Positions 39,606 through 47,368 of a stretch of DNA of 64,000 bases are shown piece after piece (position 1 is the stretch's first letter; each line of letters opens with the position of its first letter). Position numbers and translations under genes: made by a program. The stretch covers positions 86,306-150,305 of the forward strand of contig JAFGJW010000001.1 in the NCBI GenBank assembly GCA_016928835.1, read 5' to 3'. Source of the DNA: Candidatus Woesearchaeota archaeon. Lineage in GTDB: Archaea > Nanobdellota > Nanobdellia > Woesearchaeales > GW2011-AR15. The notes under the pieces were generated by a model. It was not told the DNA's origin, ran no database searches, and saw only the letters and a program-made list of their open reading frames with translations.

Positions 39606-40604
39606 CTACTCTAGGGGCTTTCCCATAACCATGGATGCACCGCACTCCTTACATAATTTAAGAGACCTGGTTTTTACTAATTCCCTGGTCTTTTTGTATT
39701 TAGGGCTGTTCCATATCTCCAGGAAAGATTTCTCTAATATATTACCAAAACTATACTCTGCATTAAGGTCATAACAGCAAAGACATACTTCCCCTTCCCA
39801 TGTTATCACTGTTTTTCTGGTAAAACCGCATTTCCCTGTAGCTTTAATTAGCTTCCATTTCTTGCCTTTTTTTGAGTATCTGCGGTACTTATTTGTAGGA
39901 AGGAATTCATCAGCTAGTCTGTCAAAGTCTTTACCCTTATAGAACCAGCTCGGAATTGCTACTGTTTTGATAAATATCTTATCTGGGCCAACATTCTCCA
40001 TGAACTTTTCTAGTTTTTTCACCTCATGCTGGTTATGTTTCATACAGATGAATTGTATTTCAATTTTTGGCTTTTTAAGCCCAAGTTCTTTTTTTCTTTT
40101 ACATAATTTTTTAATATTACCTATGACTTTTGTATAATCAGAGCCGACCCTGTATTTTTTATATGTTTTTTCCGAAAGTCCGTCGAGCGAAATTATCAAT
40201 CTTGATAGGCCACTCTTCAAAAGGCCATCAATATCATCCATTTTTGTTGCATTTGTCGATATAGTTACTTCAATATTTTTCTTAGCAGTGACCTCGATCA
40301 TCTTGATTATATCTGGATGTAAGAAAGATTCTCCTGCAAAAAACAATGTTACTTTTGGGAACATCCCTGAAATCTTATCTATTATCCTTTTGTAATCCTT
40401 GAGTTGCATAAATCCGCTTTTTCTTTTCATAAACTTATGTGAGCAAGGACAAAGAACGCAGCTAAGATTACAGGCATTGGTCGGCTCAATCATCACATCA
40501 CTGGGATAGCCGAAAATTTTGTTTCTGATGTATTTCAGATTGTTTAAGAAAAGACCCAAATCTTTTTCCATTAGCGGATCAAAATAGAGATTCTTTAAAG
40601 TCAT
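39606..40604 (-). CDS. Radical SAM/SPASM(twitch) domain protein
   Basis: EPTNACNLSCVLC, GESFLHPD, C...ITWEGEVCLCC...GNI...CKEC. Confidence 0.92.
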   Translation of the reverse strand: MTLKNLYFDPLMEKDLGLFLNNLKYIRNKIFGYPSDVMIEPTNACNLSCVLCPCSHKFMKRKSGFMQLKDYKRIIDKISGMFPKVTLFFAGESFLHPDIIKMIEVTAKKNIEVTISTNATKMDDIDGLLKSGLSRLIISLDGLSEKTYKKYRVGSDYTKVIGNIKKLCKRKKELGLKKPKIEIQFICMKHNQHEVKKLEKFMENVGPDKIFIKTVAIPSWFYKGKDFDRLADEFLPTNKYRRYSKKGKKWKLIKATGKCGFTRKTVITWEGEVCLCCYDLNAEYSFGNILEKSFLEIWNSPKYKKTRELVKTRSLKLCKECGASMVMGKPLE

Positions 40605-40740
40605 TTTATTTATATTGCCTAATTAAATTTAATTGCTCTTAAATGGAAAAGCCAAAAGCAAGGAAAACTTATATAGTTTTCGGAACAAATTATTAAAGCA
40701 ATCATTAAGGGCAAGACTATAGAAATTGGTCTTATGGAAA

Positions 40741-42279
40741 TCATCTCGTCTCTTCAGGTTCAAACTTGAAAAAAGGCAATCTTAGTCTATTATTGCTGGC
40801 AATTCCGATAATCCTATTAATCTTCGTAAATGAAACTATCCGTAATACCAATAGTGAGACAAGATAAATGCAACCTGACACGAAAAGAGTTATTAGAAGT
40901 TTAAGATAGATGTCCACATTTATTATTCTTTTTAGAAAAATTATAACAACAACGAAAAATAATGAAGACATCAAAATTTTTAACATTCTCTTTATTGGAA
41001 GCCTGACTTCGAGATATTTGTTCTTTAGGTATACTGTGTACATCGCGCCTATGATTACACACATTAAATCAGATAACCCAGCACCTAGAAGCCCCATACT
41101 GGGTATTAAAACTATGTTAAGTATGATATTGGCAATAACAGTAATGTATGTAATGTTTCTTGCTTCTTTTGGCAGTCCTTTGCTTAAAAAAACCCTTTTC
41201 ATAATCCCATTGAAGCTGTAAAATAGGAAATACACAGCGAAGATTCTTAGCAGAAAAGCCGCCTTAACAAAAGTCTCTGCATAGAGTATTCTTAAAATCT
41301 CTTCTGAAAATAAAAACAGTGTAAGGGAGGCAGGTATCGCAATAAGATATGAGTATGTAATAAGCTCGGAAAAATAGTAATTTAGACCTTTGATGTCCTT
41401 TTTTTCCCAGAGCTCGGACATCATAGGGAAGAACACCTGAATCATTGCTTTTAGGAAGAATATCGTTGCTTTTGCCAAAGACATGGCCATAACATAATAT
41501 CCTACACTATCAAGCCCAACAAAATACGTAAGGAAGAAGATGGTCTGTTGCCCAAAAATCTGAAAGGCAAATGAGGCAGTCATTGTTGGAATCGAATAGC
41601 TTATCATCCTTTTCTTAATTTTGTTAATGGGATAGCATGGTGTAGAAAAGAACCCTGGAAAAATTTTTTTTAGGAATATGATTAAAAAAATAATTGAAGT
41701 GATTATTGCGCCTATTACATAAACTAATCCAAAATAATAAATGGAGTAATTATTCAGGATTACAACTAGGAAGAATAGAAATGCAAGCAGTTGGAAACAG
41801 AATTCAACTCCCTGGTATAAAACCATGTTCTGGTAAGCATGGAATGTTGAATACAGCGCTTCAAGAAAGCCTTCAATGACAAAGTATACAGCGAGGGCTA
41901 TGAGCAGTATCTGCGCCCTGGGATCCTTAAAATATAATTTAGCCAGCAAACCTGAAGAGAAGACAAAAAAGACAGAGATTAGGATACCACATATCACTTG
42001 CATCCGCACTGTAAAAAGTATAGATGACTTTATCTTATTTTTTGATTTTTTAATAATGAAGCGCGGAATAAAATAAACAAGTGATTCAGACAAGCCAAGA
42101 TCACGGAGAAAAGAGAAAAATGTTACAAAGCTTAGAACAGAAAAAAACAAGCCAATATCAGCGACATTAATAGTTTTGGCAAATAATAATTTTTGCGCAT
42201 ATCCCAGCATAGAGGAAAATATAACAAAAAGCATAATTATTATTGTCCCCTGCACAAGTTTTTTCCCGTAATTGGCCAC
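40741..42279 (-). CDS. Wzx/MOP-family oligosaccharide flippase
   Basis: Many TM segments, DLGL, VGYY..A, FFPMMS, NIILNIVLIP.MGLLGA. Confidence 0.9.
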   Translation of the reverse strand: MANYGKKLVQGTIIIMLFVIFSSMLGYAQKLLFAKTINVADIGLFFSVLSFVTFFSFLRDLGLSESLVYFIPRFIIKKSKNKIKSSILFTVRMQVICGILISVFFVFSSGLLAKLYFKDPRAQILLIALAVYFVIEGFLEALYSTFHAYQNMVLYQGVEFCFQLLAFLFFLVVILNNYSIYYFGLVYVIGAIITSIIFLIIFLKKIFPGFFSTPCYPINKIKKRMISYSIPTMTASFAFQIFGQQTIFFLTYFVGLDSVGYYVMAMSLAKATIFFLKAMIQVFFPMMSELWEKKDIKGLNYYFSELITYSYLIAIPASLTLFLFSEEILRILYAETFVKAAFLLRIFAVYFLFYSFNGIMKRVFLSKGLPKEARNITYITVIANIILNIVLIPSMGLLGAGLSDLMCVIIGAMYTVYLKNKYLEVRLPIKRMLKILMSSLFFVVVIIFLKRIINVDIYLKLLITLFVSGCIYLVSLLVLRIVSFTKINRIIGIASNNRLRLPFFKFEPEETR

Positions 42280-42318
42280 TATTGGTTAAATTATGTCAGC
42301 TTATATAAAATTTATTGA

Positions 42319-43152
42319 TTATTGCTTATGACCAAAATATAAATTATTTACACGAGTCTCTTGTTTGATTTTAAATCCATGTTTTTTTAGAATCTTAACT
42401 AAGTCAGCCTCTTTAGTATGTCTTGCTGATTTTTCCACAATGATATTCTCTGTTTTTCTTAAGATTCTATCAGCGCCTTCCAGGATTTCTACTTCAGGAC
42501 CCTCAACATCTATCTTCAGCAAATAAATACTATCCTCTTTATCGCAGCAGATATCCAATGTTGTTGTCTCCACAAGTTCATATTTTTTGTAGTGCTTTCT
42601 ACTATACATTCCATCTTCTTTGAGAATAAGAGAATTGTTCCCGCTTCCTCTAAGGTATAATTTCATTTTTCCCTTTTTAGTATATAATGCTTCTCTGTGG
42701 GCAAGAACATTATCGCAGCCGTTTTCTTTGATATTCTTTTTTAAGAGAGAAAAATTTTTGCTGGAGGGCTCGAATGCATAGATCTTTTTTGCTTTTTTCC
42801 TTTTAGCCAATATCAGACTCATCAGTCCGATATTAGCTCCTGCGTCTATTATAACCTTGTTCTCTGGAATATTCTTCATTAAGTATTCATCAAGGACAAT
42901 TACATCGATTATTATGCCATATAGTTCAATGAAGTGGTGTATGACTATCCCGTCCTTCAACACAATCTTCATCTTGATTGAGGCCAGGTTTGACACATGG
43001 CGCAGGAAAAATTTCATTCTGTTTCTTCCGATTATTTTCGAGCCTGCTTCATAAAAAAAATAATATCCATAGGTAAGCAATTTATGCAAGTATTGGCCTT
43101 TCTTTGCTTCTGTTGCATAAAATTTATTTAGCAACTTGAATGTCTCAAACAT
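42319..43152 (-). CDS. FkbM family methyltransferase
   Basis: IDAGANIG, AFEP, LKIDVEG.E. Confidence 0.92.
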   Translation of the reverse strand: MFETFKLLNKFYATEAKKGQYLHKLLTYGYYFFYEAGSKIIGRNRMKFFLRHVSNLASIKMKIVLKDGIVIHHFIELYGIIIDVIVLDEYLMKNIPENKVIIDAGANIGLMSLILAKRKKAKKIYAFEPSSKNFSLLKKNIKENGCDNVLAHREALYTKKGKMKLYLRGSGNNSLILKEDGMYSRKHYKKYELVETTTLDICCDKEDSIYLLKIDVEGPEVEILEGADRILRKTENIIVEKSARHTKEADLVKILKKHGFKIKQETRVNNLYFGHKQ

Positions 43153-43225
43153 AGACTTGCCATTGTTTTGTATTATATTAATTTTTCTAGTTTTATATCA
43201 TAATAAAAGAGAATATGGCCAGCAA

Positions 43226-44488
43226 TTACCAGCAAATCCCTTCATAATTTTTTGGTATCTTAGAATTAAATACGTTTTTTCCGTCAATGACTAGCTTATC
43301 TCCGTAATCCAGGTCTTTGAATTCAGGCCATTCAGTCAATATAAGTACAATCTCACTGTTATTAACAACTTCCTGGCCACTGCCTAAATAGTTCAGATGC
43401 GGGAAAATTCTCTTAACTTTGTCCATGGCTTTTGGGTCATATATATAGAGTTCTGCTTCTTCCATCAGTAATTCCTTAATAGTATTTAGTGCAGGACTCT
43501 CCCTAATATCATCTGTGCCTGCTTTAAAAGTAAGGCCCAGCACCCCAATCTTCCTATGGCGCAGTCCTTTTTTTTCTAAAATCTCCAACAATTTCAATGG
43601 CTGGTCTCTGTTGACATCCAGTACAGCTCTTAATAACCTGGGGTTATAACCTAGCTCAGTAGCCTTGTAGATTATTGCGTTAACGTCTTTCGGGAAGCAT
43701 GACCCTCCAAAACCAATACCTGACCTTAGGAAATAGGGGCATATTCTATGATCCAGACCAATGCCTTCTGCGACAACATTAGTGTCAATATTGAATCTCT
43801 TGCATATATTGCCTATCTCATTAATAAATGAGATCTTGGTTGCGAGGAAGGCGTTTGAGGCATATTTAATCATTTCTGCCTCTTTAAAACTGGTGGATAG
43901 TATAGGACACTTGAAATTTGAATATAGTTTTCTAAGTGTTTGGAGAGATCTTTTATCACTCGAGCCAATAACAATTCTATCAGGATTAAAAAAATCCTCT
44001 ATTGCCTCTCCCTCCCTTAGAAACTCTGGGTTCATCAAAACACCAAAGTCTTTTGGGAACTTTTTCTTACTCTCTTTCTCAAGAATAGGGATAACGTTTT
44101 CTTCGCAGGTTCCCGCAACTACTGTAGATTTGATTACCACAGTATGGTACTTCTTCAGCTTCAAGTACATACCAATTTCTTTGCTTACATGTTCCAGCTG
44201 ATGCAATGACATGCTGCCTTGCTTCTTTGATGGAGTCCCAACACAGATAAAAGATATATCTGAATCAAGTATTGCCTTTTTTAGATTGCTGGTGATAGAC
44301 AAATTCCTCGACACAACCCTATCCAGAATCTTTTTCAAGCCTTTTTCGTAGATAGGCGGTTTTTTGTTAATGATACTTTCAATTCTCTCTTTATTTATAT
44401 CTACTCCAATAACCTCGTATCCAAGATCAGCCAAACACACTGCCTGAGTTAGACCAACATATCCTAAGCCAATAACTGAAATCTTCAT
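43226..44488 (-). CDS. ugd: UDP-glucose/GDP-mannose 6-dehydrogenase
   Basis: GLGYVG, CVGTP, KSTV, NPEFLREG, GFGGSCFPKD, FKAGTDDIRES. Confidence 0.96.
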   Translation of the reverse strand: MKISVIGLGYVGLTQAVCLADLGYEVIGVDINKERIESIINKKPPIYEKGLKKILDRVVSRNLSITSNLKKAILDSDISFICVGTPSKKQGSMSLHQLEHVSKEIGMYLKLKKYHTVVIKSTVVAGTCEENVIPILEKESKKKFPKDFGVLMNPEFLREGEAIEDFFNPDRIVIGSSDKRSLQTLRKLYSNFKCPILSTSFKEAEMIKYASNAFLATKISFINEIGNICKRFNIDTNVVAEGIGLDHRICPYFLRSGIGFGGSCFPKDVNAIIYKATELGYNPRLLRAVLDVNRDQPLKLLEILEKKGLRHRKIGVLGLTFKAGTDDIRESPALNTIKELLMEEAELYIYDPKAMDKVKRIFPHLNYLGSGQEVVNNSEIVLILTEWPEFKDLDYGDKLVIDGKNVFNSKIPKNYEGICW

Positions 44489-44545
44489 CAGCTGTCACCT
44501 CATATAGACTAAAGCTTGAAATAGAGGAAATATATATATCTTACT

Positions 44546-44585
44546 CTTATCATACTTTATGCGATATGTTTATAAATATGATTAG
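44546..44585. promoter_or_regulatory. Imperfect inverted repeat (candidate RHH operator) in the divergent ugd / RHH-NTase promoter region
   Basis: CTTATCATACTTTAT (44546-60) pairs with ATAAATATGATTAG (44572-85). It overlaps the + strand TATA TTTATAAA (44569-76) and lies next to the - strand TATATATA (44531-38). Confidence 0.45.
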
Positions 44586-44611
44586 GTTTTTTCATTTTTG
44601 GGGGGCTAAAA

Positions 44612-45421
44612 ATTAAGAAGAAAATATCTATCACAATAAGCGAGAAAACCTTGAGTGATATAGATAGTATAATAGATAATATTTATGTGAGAAACAGAAG
44701 CCAGGCAATAGAACTTCTTGTCAATAATGCTTTGGGCGAGAATAGAGTTGCAGTAATTTTGTTTGGAGGGGAAGAAACATCGCTTAAGATCTCAGAAAAC
44801 CAGTACAGAATAACTGGAAAAATAGACTCCTCAACAGTATTTGAGCTAGCTATAAAAAAATTGAAGGAGGACGGTTTCAAGACAATATATGCTATATCAA
44901 GACATAATATAATTACAGAGCTCTTCAAGCTCGTGCAAAATGGCTCAAAATACGGGGTAAATATCCAATATATTGAGGAGAAAGAGTCACTTGGGACAGC
45001 TGATTCCCTTCGGTTGCTGCGTGGGAAGGTAAAAACTAACTTCTTGGTTGTGTATGGTGACACTATTTTCACAGAGGTTAATATGGATGAACTCTGGAAT
45101 GAGCATATCAAGCGAAAAGGTATGACTACTTTGTTATTGACAACCACCCCCACTCCGAGCAAAAAGGGTGTTGTGAAGATTGAGGGCACCAAGATACTGG
45201 ACTTTGTTCAGAAACCCAAAGATAGTGATGTTTATCTTGGTTTTTCTTCTATTTTTGTTACACAGCCAGAACTTCTTGAGTACCAGGGAAACAGTCTTGA
45301 GGAACAAGTGTTTCCCATACTTGCGCAAAAAGGACTTTTGAATGGGTATCTAAGCACCAGCAAGGTTGTTAAAATCCATTCACTGCCTGACCTGAAGAAA
45401 GCTGAGCATCTAGTCAAATAG
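44612..45421 (+). CDS. Ribbon-helix-helix (CopG/NikR-like) domain fused to a degenerate sugar-phosphate nucleotidyltransferase
   Basis: In-frame KKKISITISEKTLSDIDSII...RNRSQAIELLV (RHH) precedes a GT-A NTase fold (LGTADSL, FLVVYGD). Proposed ATT start at 44612 after GGGGGG; the track start TTG 44651 cuts off the RHH beta-strand. Confidence 0.75.
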   Translation: MKKKISITISEKTLSDIDSIIDNIYVRNRSQAIELLVNNALGENRVAVILFGGEETSLKISENQYRITGKIDSSTVFELAIKKLKEDGFKTIYAISRHNIITELFKLVQNGSKYGVNIQYIEEKESLGTADSLRLLRGKVKTNFLVVYGDTIFTEVNMDELWNEHIKRKGMTTLLLTTTPTPSKKGVVKIEGTKILDFVQKPKDSDVYLGFSSIFVTQPELLEYQGNSLEEQVFPILAQKGLLNGYLSTSKVVKIHSLPDLKKAEHLVK

Positions 45422-45506
45422 AGTTTTCATCCTGTTGATTCTTTATTTGGGCCCAGATTTTATTCTCCAAAAACTTTAAAAACCAAGTTATAATTTATAT
45501 TGGATT

Positions 45507-46031
45507 ATGACTGAAGAAGCGCCAGATGTTCTTGAAAAACAACCCTGTCCAATGTGCCATACCAATAACCTTACTTTAATGGAGGCTAGGAAGGAAATAC
45601 CCTATTTTGGAGTCTGCTATATCTTCTCAATGGACTGCACTAACTGCAATTACCACATGAGTGATATTGAAGCGGAAGAGGAGCAGGAGCCTGCAAAATA
45701 TACTTTTGATGTTGAATCAGAAACTGATTTAAACGTAAGGGTGATTAAATCAAGTCAAGCTGTTCTTAAGATACCGCACATTATTACTATCACGCCTGGT
45801 CCGATATCCCAGGGGTACATCACAAATATTGAAGGCATAATCAATAGAGTAAAGAAAGTAGTTGAGGAACAGAGAGATGATGAAGACCCTGCTGTACAGA
45901 AAAAGGCCAAGAATATGCTGAAGAAACTGCAGAGAGTGCTTTGGGGCAGAGAAAAACTAAAGATAATCATTGAAGATAAATCAGGCAATTCTGCTATTAT
46001 AAGCGAGAGGGCTGTTAAGAGTAAATTATAG
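45507..46031 (+). CDS. ZPR1-type zinc finger protein
   Basis: CPMC...IPYFG...CTNC, DLNVRVIKS, ITNIEG, IIEDKSGNSAI. Confidence 0.93.
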   Translation: MTEEAPDVLEKQPCPMCHTNNLTLMEARKEIPYFGVCYIFSMDCTNCNYHMSDIEAEEEQEPAKYTFDVESETDLNVRVIKSSQAVLKIPHIITITPGPISQGYITNIEGIINRVKKVVEEQRDDEDPAVQKKAKNMLKKLQRVLWGREKLKIIIEDKSGNSAIISERAVKSKL

Positions 46032-46071
46032 AACTAGTTTCAAAATAACAATTCTAATACTCTTTTACAAT

Positions 46072-46178
46072 GGGGTATACTCACTTTGTTCGTAATACGT
46101 GAATTCTTTGAATTCACGACATAGCCCCCTTGAACCCCCCTACGTCGCTGGGAGAGCGCGAGAACGCCAGTTCTCGCT
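46072..46178 (-). other. GC-rich multi-hairpin element (REP/MITE-like DNA or structured ncRNA)
   Basis: Stems GGGGTAT/ATAGCCCC, CGTGAATTC/GAATTCACG and GCGAGAAC/GTTCTCGC, plus a minus-strand tandem-GA hairpin ACGAAC-AAA-GTGAGT, in an otherwise AT-rich intergenic gap. Confidence 0.5.
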
Positions 46179-46230
46179 TATTAAAATTTAATCTTATTAT
46201 AGGTGTTGTATTTATTTAAAAGTTCTATTC

Positions 46231-46246
46231 AGAAACTTTTATAAAT
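46231..46246 (+). promoter_or_regulatory. BRE-TATA promoter of tRNA-Asn
   Basis: AGAAACTTTTATAAAT, with the TATA starting about 32 nt upstream of the tRNA 5' end. Confidence 0.75.
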
Positions 46247-46269
46247 TTATGAAAAGTCCTTTGCATTGT

Positions 46270-46356
46270 GCCTCGGTAGCTTAGCGGTAGAGCACACGAC
46301 TGTTAAAAAAAGGTGCTGACATCGTGCGGTCGCCAGTTCGATCCTGGCCCGAGGCG
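46270..46356 (+). tRNA. tRNA-Asn(GTT) with a 15-nt intron (46306-46320) at position 37/38; CCA not encoded
   Basis: Acceptor GCCTCGG/CCGAGGC+G, D arm GCTT/GAGC, anticodon arm CACGA-CTGTTA[intron]A-TCGTG, T arm GCCAG-TTCGATC-CTGGC. Confidence 0.93.
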
Positions 46357-46360
46357 TGTT

Positions 46361-47293
46361 TTATAATCCCATTCCACATTTGAATGCTGCTTTTCTTAAT
46401 TCCTGCTCGATTTCAACTAATTGTTCTCCTGAACCAGGAACCCAGACTTCGGGATCTTCACTTAAATACAGTGTCCATTCGTTAACTAGTTGTTGCATTG
46501 GGCTGATTATTTCTCCCGAAAAGAGTTCCTCAATCACAAATCTTAGTACATCCTCAGGCAGATTTTTATAGTCTATATATCGGGCAATCCTTGGGTTTAG
46601 ACTTATGTTATATGTTTCTGTAATATAACTTCTTGTTCTAGGATCCAGCCTAAATCCTAGATCTGTAGGGAGGTTGAGTCTTGAAACAAGATTTATAACT
46701 CGCACAATGGATGCTTCAGGCCGATCTTCCTCAGGATTCATAAGCCATATTCGTCGCTCTCTTGTTCCTTCAAATGCACAATAGGAGTATACTCTTCCAG
46801 TTCGTAAATCATATGCTATTGAAGATACGTTTATATCACATCCCTGTAATGCATGAGAGAGATCTCTTCTGCCGTCTGGACCAACAAAACTTGAAAACTT
46901 CGTTATATCTATTTCTACTCCATCTATTTCCCATTTTACATTACCAAAAAAATTGGTTTTTATCTCTCCTGGTAAATTGGAACAAAGTGCGAATAGGTCA
47001 ATTTCAGTTCCAGAATCATCAAGGATTAAATCAAGGTCTCTTGGTGTGTAAGGTCTTCTGTACCAATGGAAAATAAGTGCATCCCTAATAGTACCTCCGA
47101 ATTCATATAGTTTAACCTGTGTTGGTCGTCCAATAATTTTACTTCTTTGTTCATATCTTCGCACTTCTTGAAGAAATAGTTCTAGATAAGGTTGAAGTCC
47201 CGACCTTCTTCTTACATCTTCTATTGTCCTAGCTAGTTCTGGAGCGTCAAGATATTGAAGTGGTTCCGGTACCAGATACTGGCTTCCTCGCAT
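46361..47293 (-). CDS. Divergent class II (bacterial-type) CCA-adding enzyme / poly(A) polymerase head-domain nucleotidyltransferase
   Basis: Motif A GGTIRD...PRDLDL; EIDIT; DINVSSIAYD aligns with DFTINAMAYD; IVRVI.L.SRL aligns with LRALRF..RL. Confidence 0.7.
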   Translation of the reverse strand: MRGSQYLVPEPLQYLDAPELARTIEDVRRRSGLQPYLELFLQEVRRYEQRSKIIGRPTQVKLYEFGGTIRDALIFHWYRRPYTPRDLDLILDDSGTEIDLFALCSNLPGEIKTNFFGNVKWEIDGVEIDITKFSSFVGPDGRRDLSHALQGCDINVSSIAYDLRTGRVYSYCAFEGTRERRIWLMNPEEDRPEASIVRVINLVSRLNLPTDLGFRLDPRTRSYITETYNISLNPRIARYIDYKNLPEDVLRFVIEELFSGEIISPMQQLVNEWTLYLSEDPEVWVPGSGEQLVEIEQELRKAAFKCGMGL

Positions 47294-47315
47294 TTTCCAA
47301 TAGAGTGAACAGAGG

Positions 47316-47326
47316 TTATATTTAAA
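47316..47326 (-). promoter_or_regulatory. TATA box of the CCA/PAP-like gene (probably leaderless)
   Basis: TTTAAATATAA on the minus strand, 33 nt before ATG 47293; identical to the box at 24547-24557. Confidence 0.55.
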
Positions 47327-47368
47327 TTCTAGTTGGAATATTTTTTAGAGAAGTATTATTTTAAATAA

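Noticed and set aside
46072-46178. Split-tRNA half, 5S rRNA, SRP RNA or CRISPR repeat as the identity of the hairpin element
   Set aside because: The GGTTCAA is not closed by a T-stem, no 5S or SRP consensus is recognisable, and there are no regularly spaced repeats.
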